This document shows, piece after piece, positions 36,071 through 44,818 of a stretch of 64,000 bases of DNA. Below the pieces are notes generated by a model. The model was not told where the DNA came from. It saw only the letters and a program-made list of their open reading frames with translations, and did no database searches. Each line of letters starts with the position of its first letter. The stretch's first letter is position 1. The position numbers and the translations under genes are program-made. Source of the stretch: Myxococcota bacterium (GTDB lineage: Bacteria; Myxococcota_A; UBA9160; UBA4427); assembly GCA_041440805.1 (NCBI GenBank), contig JASDVF010000016.1, positions 7,138 through 71,137 on the forward strand, written 5' to 3'.

Positions 36071-37281
36071 TTTGCGTTGTTCTTCCGCGCTGTTCGCGCT
36101 GAGGTCTCGTCGGTCAGGCCGAGTAGGGCGAGTGCCTTCCGCGTCGGGCCTGCATGGGCGAGGTCGAGCAGCGATTCGGGAGCGACCCACTTGTGCGCAT
36201 CGAAGCCCTGTCTTTTGACGCGGCCCTTCGGAGCGACGTGCGCACGGAAGACCTCGAGCGTCAGGCGTCGATGTGTGAATAGATGGCTCACTGCACCGAG
36301 GTGTTCGGCGCTCAGCAATTCGAGGCCGACGACTTCGAGAAGGATTTCTTGAACGCGGTCTTTCGCTTCATCTTTGGCATCAATTTCGCCGCCGGGGAGT
36401 TCCCATAGTCCTGCCATCAGGCCCGTTTCAGGCCGCCTAACGGATAGGGCTTTCCCGTCGCGTTCGAGGTAGATCGCGATCGCCCGCATTTTTGTGGGCT
36501 TTGCTTTCTTCTTTTTGATGGGAAGAGACTCGGCGTCGCCGACCGCATGTGCGTCGCAATGCGTGCGAATCGGGCATGCTAGGCACTGAGGGTTTCGAGG
36601 CGTGCAAAGCGTCGCTCCCAGTTCCATCAACCCCTGGTTCAGGTCTCCCGGCCGTTCTCCCCGGACGATCGCGCCGGCGACGCGCCACATTCGCTCGACA
36701 ACTTCCTTGCCTGCGCTGTCTTCCCGAATTCCGAGCAACCGCGCGAAGACGCGGATCACGTTTCCGTCGAGGAGGGGCGCTTCGCGCTCAAACGCGATCG
36801 AGGCGATGGCTCCAGCCGTGTAGCGGCCGATTCCTTTGAGTTTCTCGAGACCCTCGGCGGTGTCCGGGAGCTTCCCGTCATGTTCCGCGACGACGGTTTC
36901 GGCAGCGTGCTTCAAGTTCCGTGCTCGGGAGTAATATCCGAGTCCGGTCCAAACGGCATACACGTCATCGATCGGCGCGGAAGCGAGAGTTTCGACATCT
37001 GGGAAGGTTTCGAGAAATCGTTCCCAATAGGGAATCACGGTTTCGACGCGCGTCTGCTGCAGCATCGCTTCGCTGATCCAGATGGCATAGGGATCACGCG
37101 TATGACGCCAGGGCATGTCACGCTTGTTCGCGTCGTACCATCTGAGGAGGTTCTTGCGCGCAGTACGAACAGGAAGACCTGAAAGATCTGATGCGCTGGC
37201 TTCTAGTCCGCCTTTGGGGGCGGAGCCGGCCTTGGATTTCGAGCGGGCCTTTGCGGGGCGCTTTCGCTGGGCGGGACTCAT
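36067..37281 (-). CDS. mutY: A/G-specific adenine DNA glycosylase MutY with a basic N-terminal extension
   Basis: HhH-GPD motif (LKGIGRYTAGAIASIAF), 4Fe-4S loop C-x6-C-x2-C-x5-C (CTPRNPQCLACPIRTHC), and a C-terminal NUDIX-like domain (WELPGGE). Confidence 0.9.
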   Translation of the reverse strand: MSPAQRKRPAKARSKSKAGSAPKGGLEASASDLSGLPVRTARKNLLRWYDANKRDMPWRHTRDPYAIWISEAMLQQTRVETVIPYWERFLETFPDVETLASAPIDDVYAVWTGLGYYSRARNLKHAAETVVAEHDGKLPDTAEGLEKLKGIGRYTAGAIASIAFEREAPLLDGNVIRVFARLLGIREDSAGKEVVERMWRVAGAIVRGERPGDLNQGLMELGATLCTPRNPQCLACPIRTHCDAHAVGDAESLPIKKKKAKPTKMRAIAIYLERDGKALSVRRPETGLMAGLWELPGGEIDAKDEAKDRVQEILLEVVGLELLSAEHLGAVSHLFTHRRLTLEVFRAHVAPKGRVKRQGFDAHKWVAPESLLDLAHAGPTRKALALLGLTDETSARTARKNNAK

Positions 37282-37323
37282 GGATCTGATGCTAGCGCTC
37301 CGGGCGACGTCGCCGCCGACGGG

Positions 37324-38118
37324 TTATTCGGCGGCTCGCTTTGCGGGAGCGTCCGAATACGCTCCGGCGTCGATCGATAGGTCGATCGGGAGAGCACGTT
37401 CGACTCGAATCCGGTCGCCCAAGACGCGTGCCGAAAGCGCATAGAGCTCGACCCCCGAGTTCGCGGCCTCACGGAGAGTGCGGCCATATTCGGGATCGAT
37501 GTCGTCCGCTGGGGCGACCACGTCGGCGTCCGCTCGCTGAACGATGTAGAGGAGGGCAGCCCGTTCCCCTCGTTTTCGGCGGGCCATTAGATGTTCGAGG
37601 TGGCGCCGGCCACGCGTAGTCACCGCGTCGGGGAAGCGCGCTTGTCGGTCGCTACAGAGCGTCACGCTTTTAACTTCGACCCAACACGGAACATCGGTTT
37701 CGGGATGATTCGAGAGACGAAAGTCGAAGCGCGAACCTTCTTCGACGGAGACTTCGCGTTCGACCGTTTCGTATCCCACAAAGGGCTCGAAGGCATTCGC
37801 TTCGAGTACTCGCCGGGCCACGTCATTCGCCTTGGCCGCGTGAAGCCCAACCCAGACGCGCCCGACCCGAATCATCTCGAGGGTGTGACGAAGCTTTCGC
37901 TTTTTGCTGTCATGGGTGGAGCAGCGAACGGAAGACCCCGGCGCTTTCGTTCCGGTCATGCTGCCCGGGTTTGGGCAATGCACTGTTATTTCAGAGCCGT
38001 CGTCGAGCGCGATGTCGGCCAGAAAGCGCTTGTAGCGTAGGATGAGTTTTGCCTTGAGCGCAGCCTCGATCGGAACAGAAATCTGCTTCAGGAGTTTGGG
38101 GGGCGATGGCAAATTCAT
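37324..38118 (-). CDS. sfsA: Sugar fermentation stimulation protein SfsA (DNA-binding/nuclease-like)
   Basis: LRYKRFLADI...VHCPNPGSM...VEVKSVTL...FPDAVTTRGRRHL are SfsA family motifs. Start chosen at the ATG at 38118; the ORF extends to 38163. Confidence 0.8.
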   Translation of the reverse strand: MNLPSPPKLLKQISVPIEAALKAKLILRYKRFLADIALDDGSEITVHCPNPGSMTGTKAPGSSVRCSTHDSKKRKLRHTLEMIRVGRVWVGLHAAKANDVARRVLEANAFEPFVGYETVEREVSVEEGSRFDFRLSNHPETDVPCWVEVKSVTLCSDRQARFPDAVTTRGRRHLEHLMARRKRGERAALLYIVQRADADVVAPADDIDPEYGRTLREAANSGVELYALSARVLGDRIRVERALPIDLSIDAGAYSDAPAKRAAE

Positions 38119-38264
38119 ATTGCGAAGGAGTCTAACGCGAAGGCGCCGCGCCGAACGGGTCATTCGATTCCGTGGTGAACCGAATGCTTGACGACTCTCT
38201 TGGTGCGGGTGACGCTTGGGGCCCTAGAAGCCGTCTTGTTCGTTTCGCTAACGAGACGTGATCG

Positions 38265-38951
38265 GTGCGCATCTGGCCAACTAGGGTTGGTCCGCAGTGC
38301 GAAGGGGAAGAGCTGTTGGACGATCGATTGAAACGCTTGATTTTGGTACGACACGGCGAGACCGCGGGTCAATCGAGCATTCGCTACTACGGCGTGACGG
38401 ACGTGCCGCTCTCGGACCTCGGCAGGTCACAGGTCCGTGCCGCGCGAGACCGTATCTATGGCGAGACTTTTGAGTCGGTTTGGGCGAGCACGTTATGCCG
38501 CTCTTGGGAGTCAGCGCAGATCGTGGCACCGGGCCGTCCGGTCAATCTCGAGTCCGATTTTCGAGAGATCGATTTCGGAGATTGGGAGGGTCTGACCGCG
38601 GAGGAAATCGCGGTTACGGATCCTGCGGGCCACGCGAAATGGCGTGCAGAAGGGCTGTCCTTCACGTTTCCGGGGGGTGAGACTCGGTCGGATTTTAGGG
38701 CTCGAATCGCGCGCGGGTTAACGAGAGTGCGCGCGAGCGGCGCAGAGGCCGTACTCGTTGCCGTCCATAAGGGTGTCGTGCGTACGCTGCTCGAGCTTGT
38801 GACGGGCCATACCCTTGCACCCGAAGAGCCAGTATTAGGCGGCGTCGTTCAAGCGTCGCGAAACGCTCGTGGTGAATGGTCGACGGGGCGCATGGGCAGC
38901 GATGCGAGTGCTACTGAAATTGGAATCGGTATTCCGATGGAAGAGAGCTAG
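38265..38951 (+). CDS. Histidine phosphatase (phosphoglycerate mutase-like) family protein; start uncertain
   Basis: RHGE catalytic motif (LILVRHGETAGQ), with downstream EIDFGDWEG and VAVHKGV. Confidence 0.75.
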   Translation: MRIWPTRVGPQCEGEELLDDRLKRLILVRHGETAGQSSIRYYGVTDVPLSDLGRSQVRAARDRIYGETFESVWASTLCRSWESAQIVAPGRPVNLESDFREIDFGDWEGLTAEEIAVTDPAGHAKWRAEGLSFTFPGGETRSDFRARIARGLTRVRASGAEAVLVAVHKGVVRTLLELVTGHTLAPEEPVLGGVVQASRNARGEWSTGRMGSDASATEIGIGIPMEES

Positions 38952-39121
38952 ACGCTTACTCATCTGTTCGCCTAACTGCCCAGCCACCTACCCACGCCTA
39001 CTCACCGATCTGCGGGCTCTATCGCGAAAAATCCCCGCCGCGTGGAATCGCGACAGGGATCTATTCGTTGGACGGGACGCTTTAGGCGCTGCGTTCTTTC
39101 GTGCGTCGTTCTTTAGACGTT

Positions 39122-40489
39122 TTAGAGAACGCCGTACGCAAGCATGGCATCCGCGACTTTGATGAAGCCGCCGACATTCGCGCCCTGGACGTAGTTGATG
39201 AAGTCGCCCTCAGTTCCGTGCTCGACGCAGGTGCTGTGAATATTCTTCATGATGTCGAGAAGCTGCTCGTCGACCTGCTCGCGTGACCACGAAAGGCGCA
39301 TCGCATTCTGCGTTTGCTCGAGGCCACTGACCGCGACGCCCCCTGCGTTGGCCGCCTTCGCGGGGCCGAACAGGATCTTGCTGTCGATGAACACACCGAC
39401 CGCATCGAGGGTGGACGGCATATTTGCGCCTTCCGAAACCAGCTGGCATCCGTTTGCGACAAGTACCTTCGCATCATCGCCATCGAGTTCGTTCTGGGTT
39501 GCGCAGGGGAACGCGAGGTCGCACGGCACGCTCCAGGGGCGCTTACCCTCGTGGAACTCGCCGCCGAACTTGTCGACGTATTCGCTGATCCGGCCGCGGC
39601 GGTTGTTCTTCAGGTCCATGACCCAAGCGAGCTTTTCTTCGTTAATGCCGTCAGGGTCGTGAATGAATCCACTCGAATCCGACATCGTAAGGACCTTGCC
39701 GCCGAGCTGCAGGACCTTCTCCACCGTGTATTGGGCGACGTTGCCCGAGCCGGAGACAACGCAGTTCTTGCCTTTTACATCGTCGCTGCGAGTCCCGAGC
39801 ATCTCGCGCGCGAAGTAGACGCAGCCGTAGCCTGTCGCTTCCGTGCGGACAAGTGAGCCACCGAAGCCGAGGCCCTTGCCCGTGATTGTTCCGGTAAATT
39901 CATTTTGGAGTCGCTTGTACTGACCAAAGAGGTAGCCGATCTCTCTCGCACCGACGCCAATGTCGCCTGCCGGAACATCCGTGTTAGGCCCGATGTGTCG
40001 GAAGAGTTCGCTCATGAACGACTGGCAAAAGCGCATGACTTCGCCGTTGCTCTTGCCTTGGGGGTTGAAGTCCGATCCGCCCTTTCCTCCGCCCATGGGT
40101 AGGGTCGTGAGGGAGTTCTTAAAGACCTGTTCGAAGCCGAGGAATTTCAGGATCGAGAGATTCACGCTCTTGTGGAACCGGAGGCCGCCCTTGTAGGCGC
40201 CGATCGAGTTGTTGAATTGCACTCGGTAGCCGCGATTCACGCGGACCTGGTTGTTGTCATCCGTCCAACACACGCGGAACATGATGACGCGATCGGGTTC
40301 GCTCATCCGCTGAAGGATACGCGCTTCCTTGTAAACCTTTTTGTCTTCAAGGAAGGGGACGATGTCGCGAGCTACTTCGTGGACCGCCTGATGGAACTCA
40401 GGCTGACCTTCGTTTCGGCGCTTGAGGCCCGCCATAAACCGTTCGAGATACGCGTCCGCCGACGCCTGCTGAGCCTTGGAAATTGTCAT
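39122..40489 (-). CDS. gdhA: NADP-specific glutamate dehydrogenase
   Basis: LPMGGGKGGSDF catalytic Lys motif and Rossmann GSGNVAQY. The length (455 aa) is typical of hexameric GdhA. Confidence 0.93.
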   Translation of the reverse strand: MTISKAQQASADAYLERFMAGLKRRNEGQPEFHQAVHEVARDIVPFLEDKKVYKEARILQRMSEPDRVIMFRVCWTDDNNQVRVNRGYRVQFNNSIGAYKGGLRFHKSVNLSILKFLGFEQVFKNSLTTLPMGGGKGGSDFNPQGKSNGEVMRFCQSFMSELFRHIGPNTDVPAGDIGVGAREIGYLFGQYKRLQNEFTGTITGKGLGFGGSLVRTEATGYGCVYFAREMLGTRSDDVKGKNCVVSGSGNVAQYTVEKVLQLGGKVLTMSDSSGFIHDPDGINEEKLAWVMDLKNNRRGRISEYVDKFGGEFHEGKRPWSVPCDLAFPCATQNELDGDDAKVLVANGCQLVSEGANMPSTLDAVGVFIDSKILFGPAKAANAGGVAVSGLEQTQNAMRLSWSREQVDEQLLDIMKNIHSTCVEHGTEGDFINYVQGANVGGFIKVADAMLAYGVL

Positions 40490-40635
40490 CGATCCGTTCC
40501 CTTGCTGCGATCGTGAAAGTCACCCGACGTGAATTCGGGTAATCCGGTGGATCATCGTTCAAATTGAAGCGATCTCCACTGGGGTTGCTTCCAACATCGA
40601 AAAACACGTCCCGAAAGTTGAGACGTCTTCTGATG

Positions 40636-42603
40636 TCAGTCCTCGTCGCTCTCCCGAAGCTTCGCCAGCACGCTCAAATCCTCGAGTGTGCTCGTGTCGC
40701 CCGCAACTTCCTTGCCGGAAGCGATGTCTCGCAAGAGGCGTCGCATGATCTTGCCGGAGCGGGTCTTGGGCAATGCGTTCGTGAAGCGAATTTCAGTCGG
40801 TCGCGCGATGGCGCCGATTTCTTTAGTGACGTGCTGTTTGAGTCGCCTGACGAGTGCGTCATCCGCTGTCGTAGTCCCGATGGGAGAAACGAATGCAACG
40901 ATCGCCGTGCCCGTAATTTCATCGGGTCGTCCAACGACCGCGGCTTCGGCGACTTCCGGGGAGGACACGATCGCGCTCTCGACTTCCATCGTGCCGATAC
41001 GGTGGCCCGACACGTTCATCACGTCATCGACGCGGCCCATGATCCAGAAGTAGCCGTTCTTATCTCGATGGGCGCCATCACCGGCGAAGTAGGTGTCTTT
41101 GTAGTTGCTCCAATAGGTTTCCTTGAAGCGCTTGGGGTCGCGCCAAATCCCTCGAAGCATGCCAGGCCATGGGTGCTTGAGCACAAGGAAGCCACCGCCA
41201 TCGCCTTTGATGCTTTCACCTTCTTCGTTGAAGATGTCGGCGTGAATGCCGGGGAAAGGCTTCGTGGCGGATCCGGGTTTTGTATCGACGGCGCCAGGGA
41301 TCGACGAAATCATGATTCCGCCTGTTTCCGTCTGCCACCAGGTATCGACGATCGGGCATCGCTTTCCGCCGATCACCTTGTGGTACCACATCCACGCTTC
41401 TGGATTGATCGGCTCTCCGACGCTGCCTAATAATCGGAGGGACGAAAGGTCGTGCCCTTTCGGATGTTCGTCGCCTAGCCGGATGAACGTGCGGATGGCG
41501 GTGGGTGCTGTGTAGAAAACCGTGACGCCCCATTTTTCGATGAGGTCCCACCAGCGGTCCGGGCCCGGGTAGGTCGGAGTGCCTTCGTACATAACAGTCG
41601 TGGCGCCGTTCGCGAGGGGGCCGTAGACGACATAAGAATGGCCGGTAATCCAGCCGATATCTGCGGTGCACCAATAGACATCGTCGTCCTTGATGTCGAA
41701 GATGGCTTTAAAGGTCGTCGCGACATGGGTGAGGTAGCCGCCGGTCGTGTGCAGAATGCCCTTCGGACTGCCGGTTGTGCCGCTCGTGTAGAGAATGAAG
41801 AGCGGGTGTTCGGAGTCGAGCTTGGCCGGCGCACATTTCGCGTTCGCCTCGGCCATGGCCTCGTGGTACCAGACGTCGCGGCCCTTCTTGAAGGTGACGG
41901 GCTGCTTAGTGCGCTCGACGACGATTACTTTTTCAATCGAGGGCGACTTTGCGACAGCTTCGTCGACGGTGTCCTTGAGCGCGAAGGGCGCGCCCTTCCG
42001 GTAGCCACCGTCGGCAGTCACGACGAGCTTCGCTTCGGCATCGTTGATGCGGTCGGCGAGGGCTTCGGCGGAGAAGCCGCCGAATACGATGGAGTGCGGT
42101 GCGCCGATTCGCGTGCAGGCGAGCATGGCGATAGAGAGTTCGGGAATCATCGGCATGTAAAGGCAGACACGGTCGCCCTTCTTCACGCCCTGGGCCTTTA
42201 ACACGTTCGCGAATTGGCAGACCTCGCGATGGAGTTCGCCGTACGTGATGACGCGCTTGTCGCCGGGCTCACCTTCCCAGATGATTGCGGCCTTGTTCTT
42301 TCGAGAGACGCCGCCTGGTGCCGTGTCCGCACTAAGATGCCGATCGAGGCAGTTGTAAGAGACGTTCGTCTTGGCTCCGACGAACCACTTTGCGAAAGGC
42401 GGCTTCCAGTCGAGGACCTTTTTCCAAGGCGTGAACCAGGAAACGTTCTCCTTGGCCATCTTCGCCCAAAATTTTGTCGGATTGGATTCACCGAGCTTGC
42501 GATACTCGCTGGTGAGCGTCTTGTTCCAATGAGCCTGCTTGGTGAATTCAGGTGCCGGCTTGAAGGTTCGATTCTCCTTCAAGAGGGTATTGATGTCAGC
42601 CAT
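40636..42603 (-). CDS. acs: Acetyl-coenzyme A synthetase
   Basis: AMP-binding motif [19 protein letters not shown], and the C-terminal [15 protein letters not shown] with the regulatory Lys. Confidence 0.95.
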   Translation of the reverse strand: MADINTLLKENRTFKPAPEFTKQAHWNKTLTSEYRKLGESNPTKFWAKMAKENVSWFTPWKKVLDWKPPFAKWFVGAKTNVSYNCLDRHLSADTAPGGVSRKNKAAIIWEGEPGDKRVITYGELHREVCQFANVLKAQGVKKGDRVCLYMPMIPELSIAMLACTRIGAPHSIVFGGFSAEALADRINDAEAKLVVTADGGYRKGAPFALKDTVDEAVAKSPSIEKVIVVERTKQPVTFKKGRDVWYHEAMAEANAKCAPAKLDSEHPLFILYTSGTTGSPKGILHTTGGYLTHVATTFKAIFDIKDDDVYWCTADIGWITGHSYVVYGPLANGATTVMYEGTPTYPGPDRWWDLIEKWGVTVFYTAPTAIRTFIRLGDEHPKGHDLSSLRLLGSVGEPINPEAWMWYHKVIGGKRCPIVDTWWQTETGGIMISSIPGAVDTKPGSATKPFPGIHADIFNEEGESIKGDGGGFLVLKHPWPGMLRGIWRDPKRFKETYWSNYKDTYFAGDGAHRDKNGYFWIMGRVDDVMNVSGHRIGTMEVESAIVSSPEVAEAAVVGRPDEITGTAIVAFVSPIGTTTADDALVRRLKQHVTKEIGAIARPTEIRFTNALPKTRSGKIMRRLLRDIASGKEVAGDTSTLEDLSVLAKLRESDED

Positions 42604-42793
42604 ATCCGATTGAATCCTTGCTGGGGGTTTCGCGCAGATCGCGTGGCGATTGCGCTTGTCATCGCGCGATCACTAAATCACGCCGGTGAGTGCTTTGTTA
42701 TTCGAGTCTTGAGTTGGTGGAGGTCATTTGCTCGGCGACTTGGCCTAGTCGGGTCAGGTGCCCGGCGTCAGGGCGCACTTCGTAAAGAGCCGA

Positions 42794-44101
42794 CTAACGT
42801 AAAACCCAGGCTTCGATGTCGTCCGCAGTCTTCGGGATCTCGCGGGTGAGGTTCAGGTAGCCGTCACTAGTGATGACCACATCGTCTTCGATTCGGATTC
42901 CGATGCCCTTGTATGCGTCAGGGGCATCGGGCGCGTCGGGAGCGATGTAGATACCGGGCTCGATTGTGTAGGCCATGCCGGGGGCGAGCGGGCGAGGCTT
43001 CGGATCCTCGGTGCCATTCCTGACGACGTAGGCGCCGACGTCATGCACATCGAGTCCGAGCCAATGGCTCGTGCCATGCATGTAGTAGGGGCGGTAGCTT
43101 TCCGTTTCGATCAAGCCGTCGACTTCGCCCTTTAGAAGACCGAGATCGACCATGCCCTGCGTTAGCACGCGGACGCTCGCTGCATGAATTTCCGGCAGTG
43201 TCGCGCCGGGTCGGCTCGCTTCGAGGGATGCTTCCTGTGCGGCAAGAACCAGGTCATAGAGCTCGCGAGCTGCGGGCGTAAAGCGCCCACCGACGGGGTA
43301 GCAGCGCGTGACGTCTGAGGCGTATCCCTCGAGCTCGACGCCCGCATCGATCAGGACGACCTCGCCCTCGGCGAGCTGTTGATCGTTCTGGATGTAGTGG
43401 AGGATCGTTGCGTTCTTGCCGGAGCCGACGATCGAGCCGTATGCGGGGCCGGAGCCGCCGCGTGCGCGAAAGGCATAAGCCAGCTCCGCTTCAAGTTCGT
43501 ATTCGAATCGTCCCGCTTGGCAGATAGCCGCGGCGCGTCCGTGTCCGTCGAGCGAGATGTCTGCGGCGCGCTGCATGATGTCAATTTCGGGCTGCGTCTT
43601 AATGAGGCGCATTTCATGAAGGAGAATCCGCGGGTCGACGAGTTCGTTTGCGGGCAAAATTCCGCCGCGAGATTGGCGACGGATCTCTTCCTGAAGTGCG
43701 ACGATCTTGGCGTCGAGAGTTTGATCTCGGCCTAACATGTGGTAGATGCGATTCGCGCCGCGCAGAAGTTCGGGAAGCTTGTCGTGCAGCTCCGCGATCG
43801 GGTAGGCAGCATCCGCGCCGTATTCGCTGGTCGCGCCATCTATGCCCGGGCGATATCCGGTCCAGGTTTCCGCTTCCCTGTCGCGCGGCTGCACGAAAAG
43901 CGTGAAGTCTGGTCCCTCTCGAGTAGAGAGCACGGCCACCGAATCGGGATGGCCGAATCCTGTCAGGTACCAGAAATCGCTGTCCTGTCGGAAGGGGAAC
44001 TCGGTATCCGCCGAGCGCACGGCGAGCCGGCCACCGACGAAAATCGCGACGGCATCCGGTCCGAGGGTTTCGAGCAGCTGCTGACGCCGTTTCGCAAACA
44101 C
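42794..44101 (-). CDS. pepP: Xaa-Pro aminopeptidase (M24B)
   Basis: N-terminal AMP_N domain (FRQDSDFWYLTGF) and M24 metal ligands (VLIDAG..., HGTSHWLGLDVHD, IEPGIY, RIEDDV). Confidence 0.9.
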   Translation of the reverse strand: MFAKRRQQLLETLGPDAVAIFVGGRLAVRSADTEFPFRQDSDFWYLTGFGHPDSVAVLSTREGPDFTLFVQPRDREAETWTGYRPGIDGATSEYGADAAYPIAELHDKLPELLRGANRIYHMLGRDQTLDAKIVALQEEIRRQSRGGILPANELVDPRILLHEMRLIKTQPEIDIMQRAADISLDGHGRAAAICQAGRFEYELEAELAYAFRARGGSGPAYGSIVGSGKNATILHYIQNDQQLAEGEVVLIDAGVELEGYASDVTRCYPVGGRFTPAARELYDLVLAAQEASLEASRPGATLPEIHAASVRVLTQGMVDLGLLKGEVDGLIETESYRPYYMHGTSHWLGLDVHDVGAYVVRNGTEDPKPRPLAPGMAYTIEPGIYIAPDAPDAPDAYKGIGIRIEDDVVITSDGYLNLTREIPKTADDIEAWVLR

Positions 44102-44446
44102 GGGCGCAGTCTATCGAATCAGGGCAAAGGCGGGACCGCTCTTCGCGTATTCGCCGGTGGTTCGTTTAGGCGGGGCTAGAAGCGCCGCTTTCCGGCGGGA
44201 GAGCCGCCGTTCAGCCAATTTGAAGAGCTCGTGATTGCCTCATTAGGCTGCAGGAACATTTGGAGGCATAAGCGAATAAACCCTTTGAAAGCAGTTACTT
44301 GAGGGTGTTTTGTATTCGAATATTTGGTGTGCGCCGACAGGTGCCGCCTTTAGTGGCACTAGAGTGCACGCGCCTGAAGTCACTCGGAGAGCCGAAAACC
44401 TTTGCAAAAGCAGCTACATGGAACTTATTTAAAAAAATATCAAGTT

Positions 44447-44462
44447 TGGCACGCGCCGTGCA
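44447..44462 (+). promoter_or_regulatory. Sigma-54 (-24/-12) type promoter
   Basis: TGGCACG-cgcc-gTGCA matches TGGCACG-N4-TTGCW with correct GG/GC spacing. It sits in an AT-richer intergenic region and is preceded by an A/T tract. Confidence 0.45.
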
Positions 44463-44472
44463 TTGTATGGAA

Positions 44473-44677
44473 GACAGAACGATTTGGAATACTGGCTGGT
44501 CCGGGCGGTTAAACACGGGCGCGTTCGTCAGGGCTAGCCAGTAAATCCAGGCACCACAAAATTATCCGGGCGGGTTACCTCGCATCTACCCACCGGACTC
44601 CAGGAGTCCCCCCTCCTGAAACGAACGCCTCTCTCGATCCGGAAACGGAGCCAATCGAGAGGGGCTTTCGGCGTTTT
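44473..44677 (+). ncRNA. Candidate sigma-54-dependent small RNA (about 205 nt); family unknown
   Basis: Bracketed by the sigma-54 promoter and an intrinsic terminator. No downstream + strand gene and no plausible ORF. Predicted stems ACTGGCT/AGCCAGT (44491-44542) and GGACTCC/GGAGTCC (44595-44609), followed by the C-rich tract CCCCCCTCC (44608-44616). Confidence 0.35.
44628..44677 (+). terminator. Intrinsic terminator-like hairpin (possibly bidirectional; also lies 140 nt downstream of the rnd stop)
   Basis: An 11-bp stem, CCTCTCTCGAT/ATCGAGAGGGG (one G-U pair), with inner stem TCCG-GAAA-CGGA, followed by CTTTCGGCGTTTT. Confidence 0.45.
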
Positions 44678-44818
44678 AGGCATGCGAATGGGCAAATCCG
44701 GCGCGTGATCGACTTGTTAGGCGATCGAGCGGGCGGATGATCGCATCGGCCGCACGTGAGCAGATACGCGCAATGACTTCATCGCGTACCTGCGTGCTGC
44801 TCGGGTGCTGCTCGGACG

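Noticed and set aside
44295-44544. ORFs 44299-44544(+) and 44295-44516(-) in the pepP-rnd spacer, plus the 25-codon ORF starting at 44467.
   Set aside because: The composition is AT-rich and non-coding-like, and there is no Shine-Dalgarno sequence. The ATG at 44467 lies upstream of the predicted sigma-54 transcription start.
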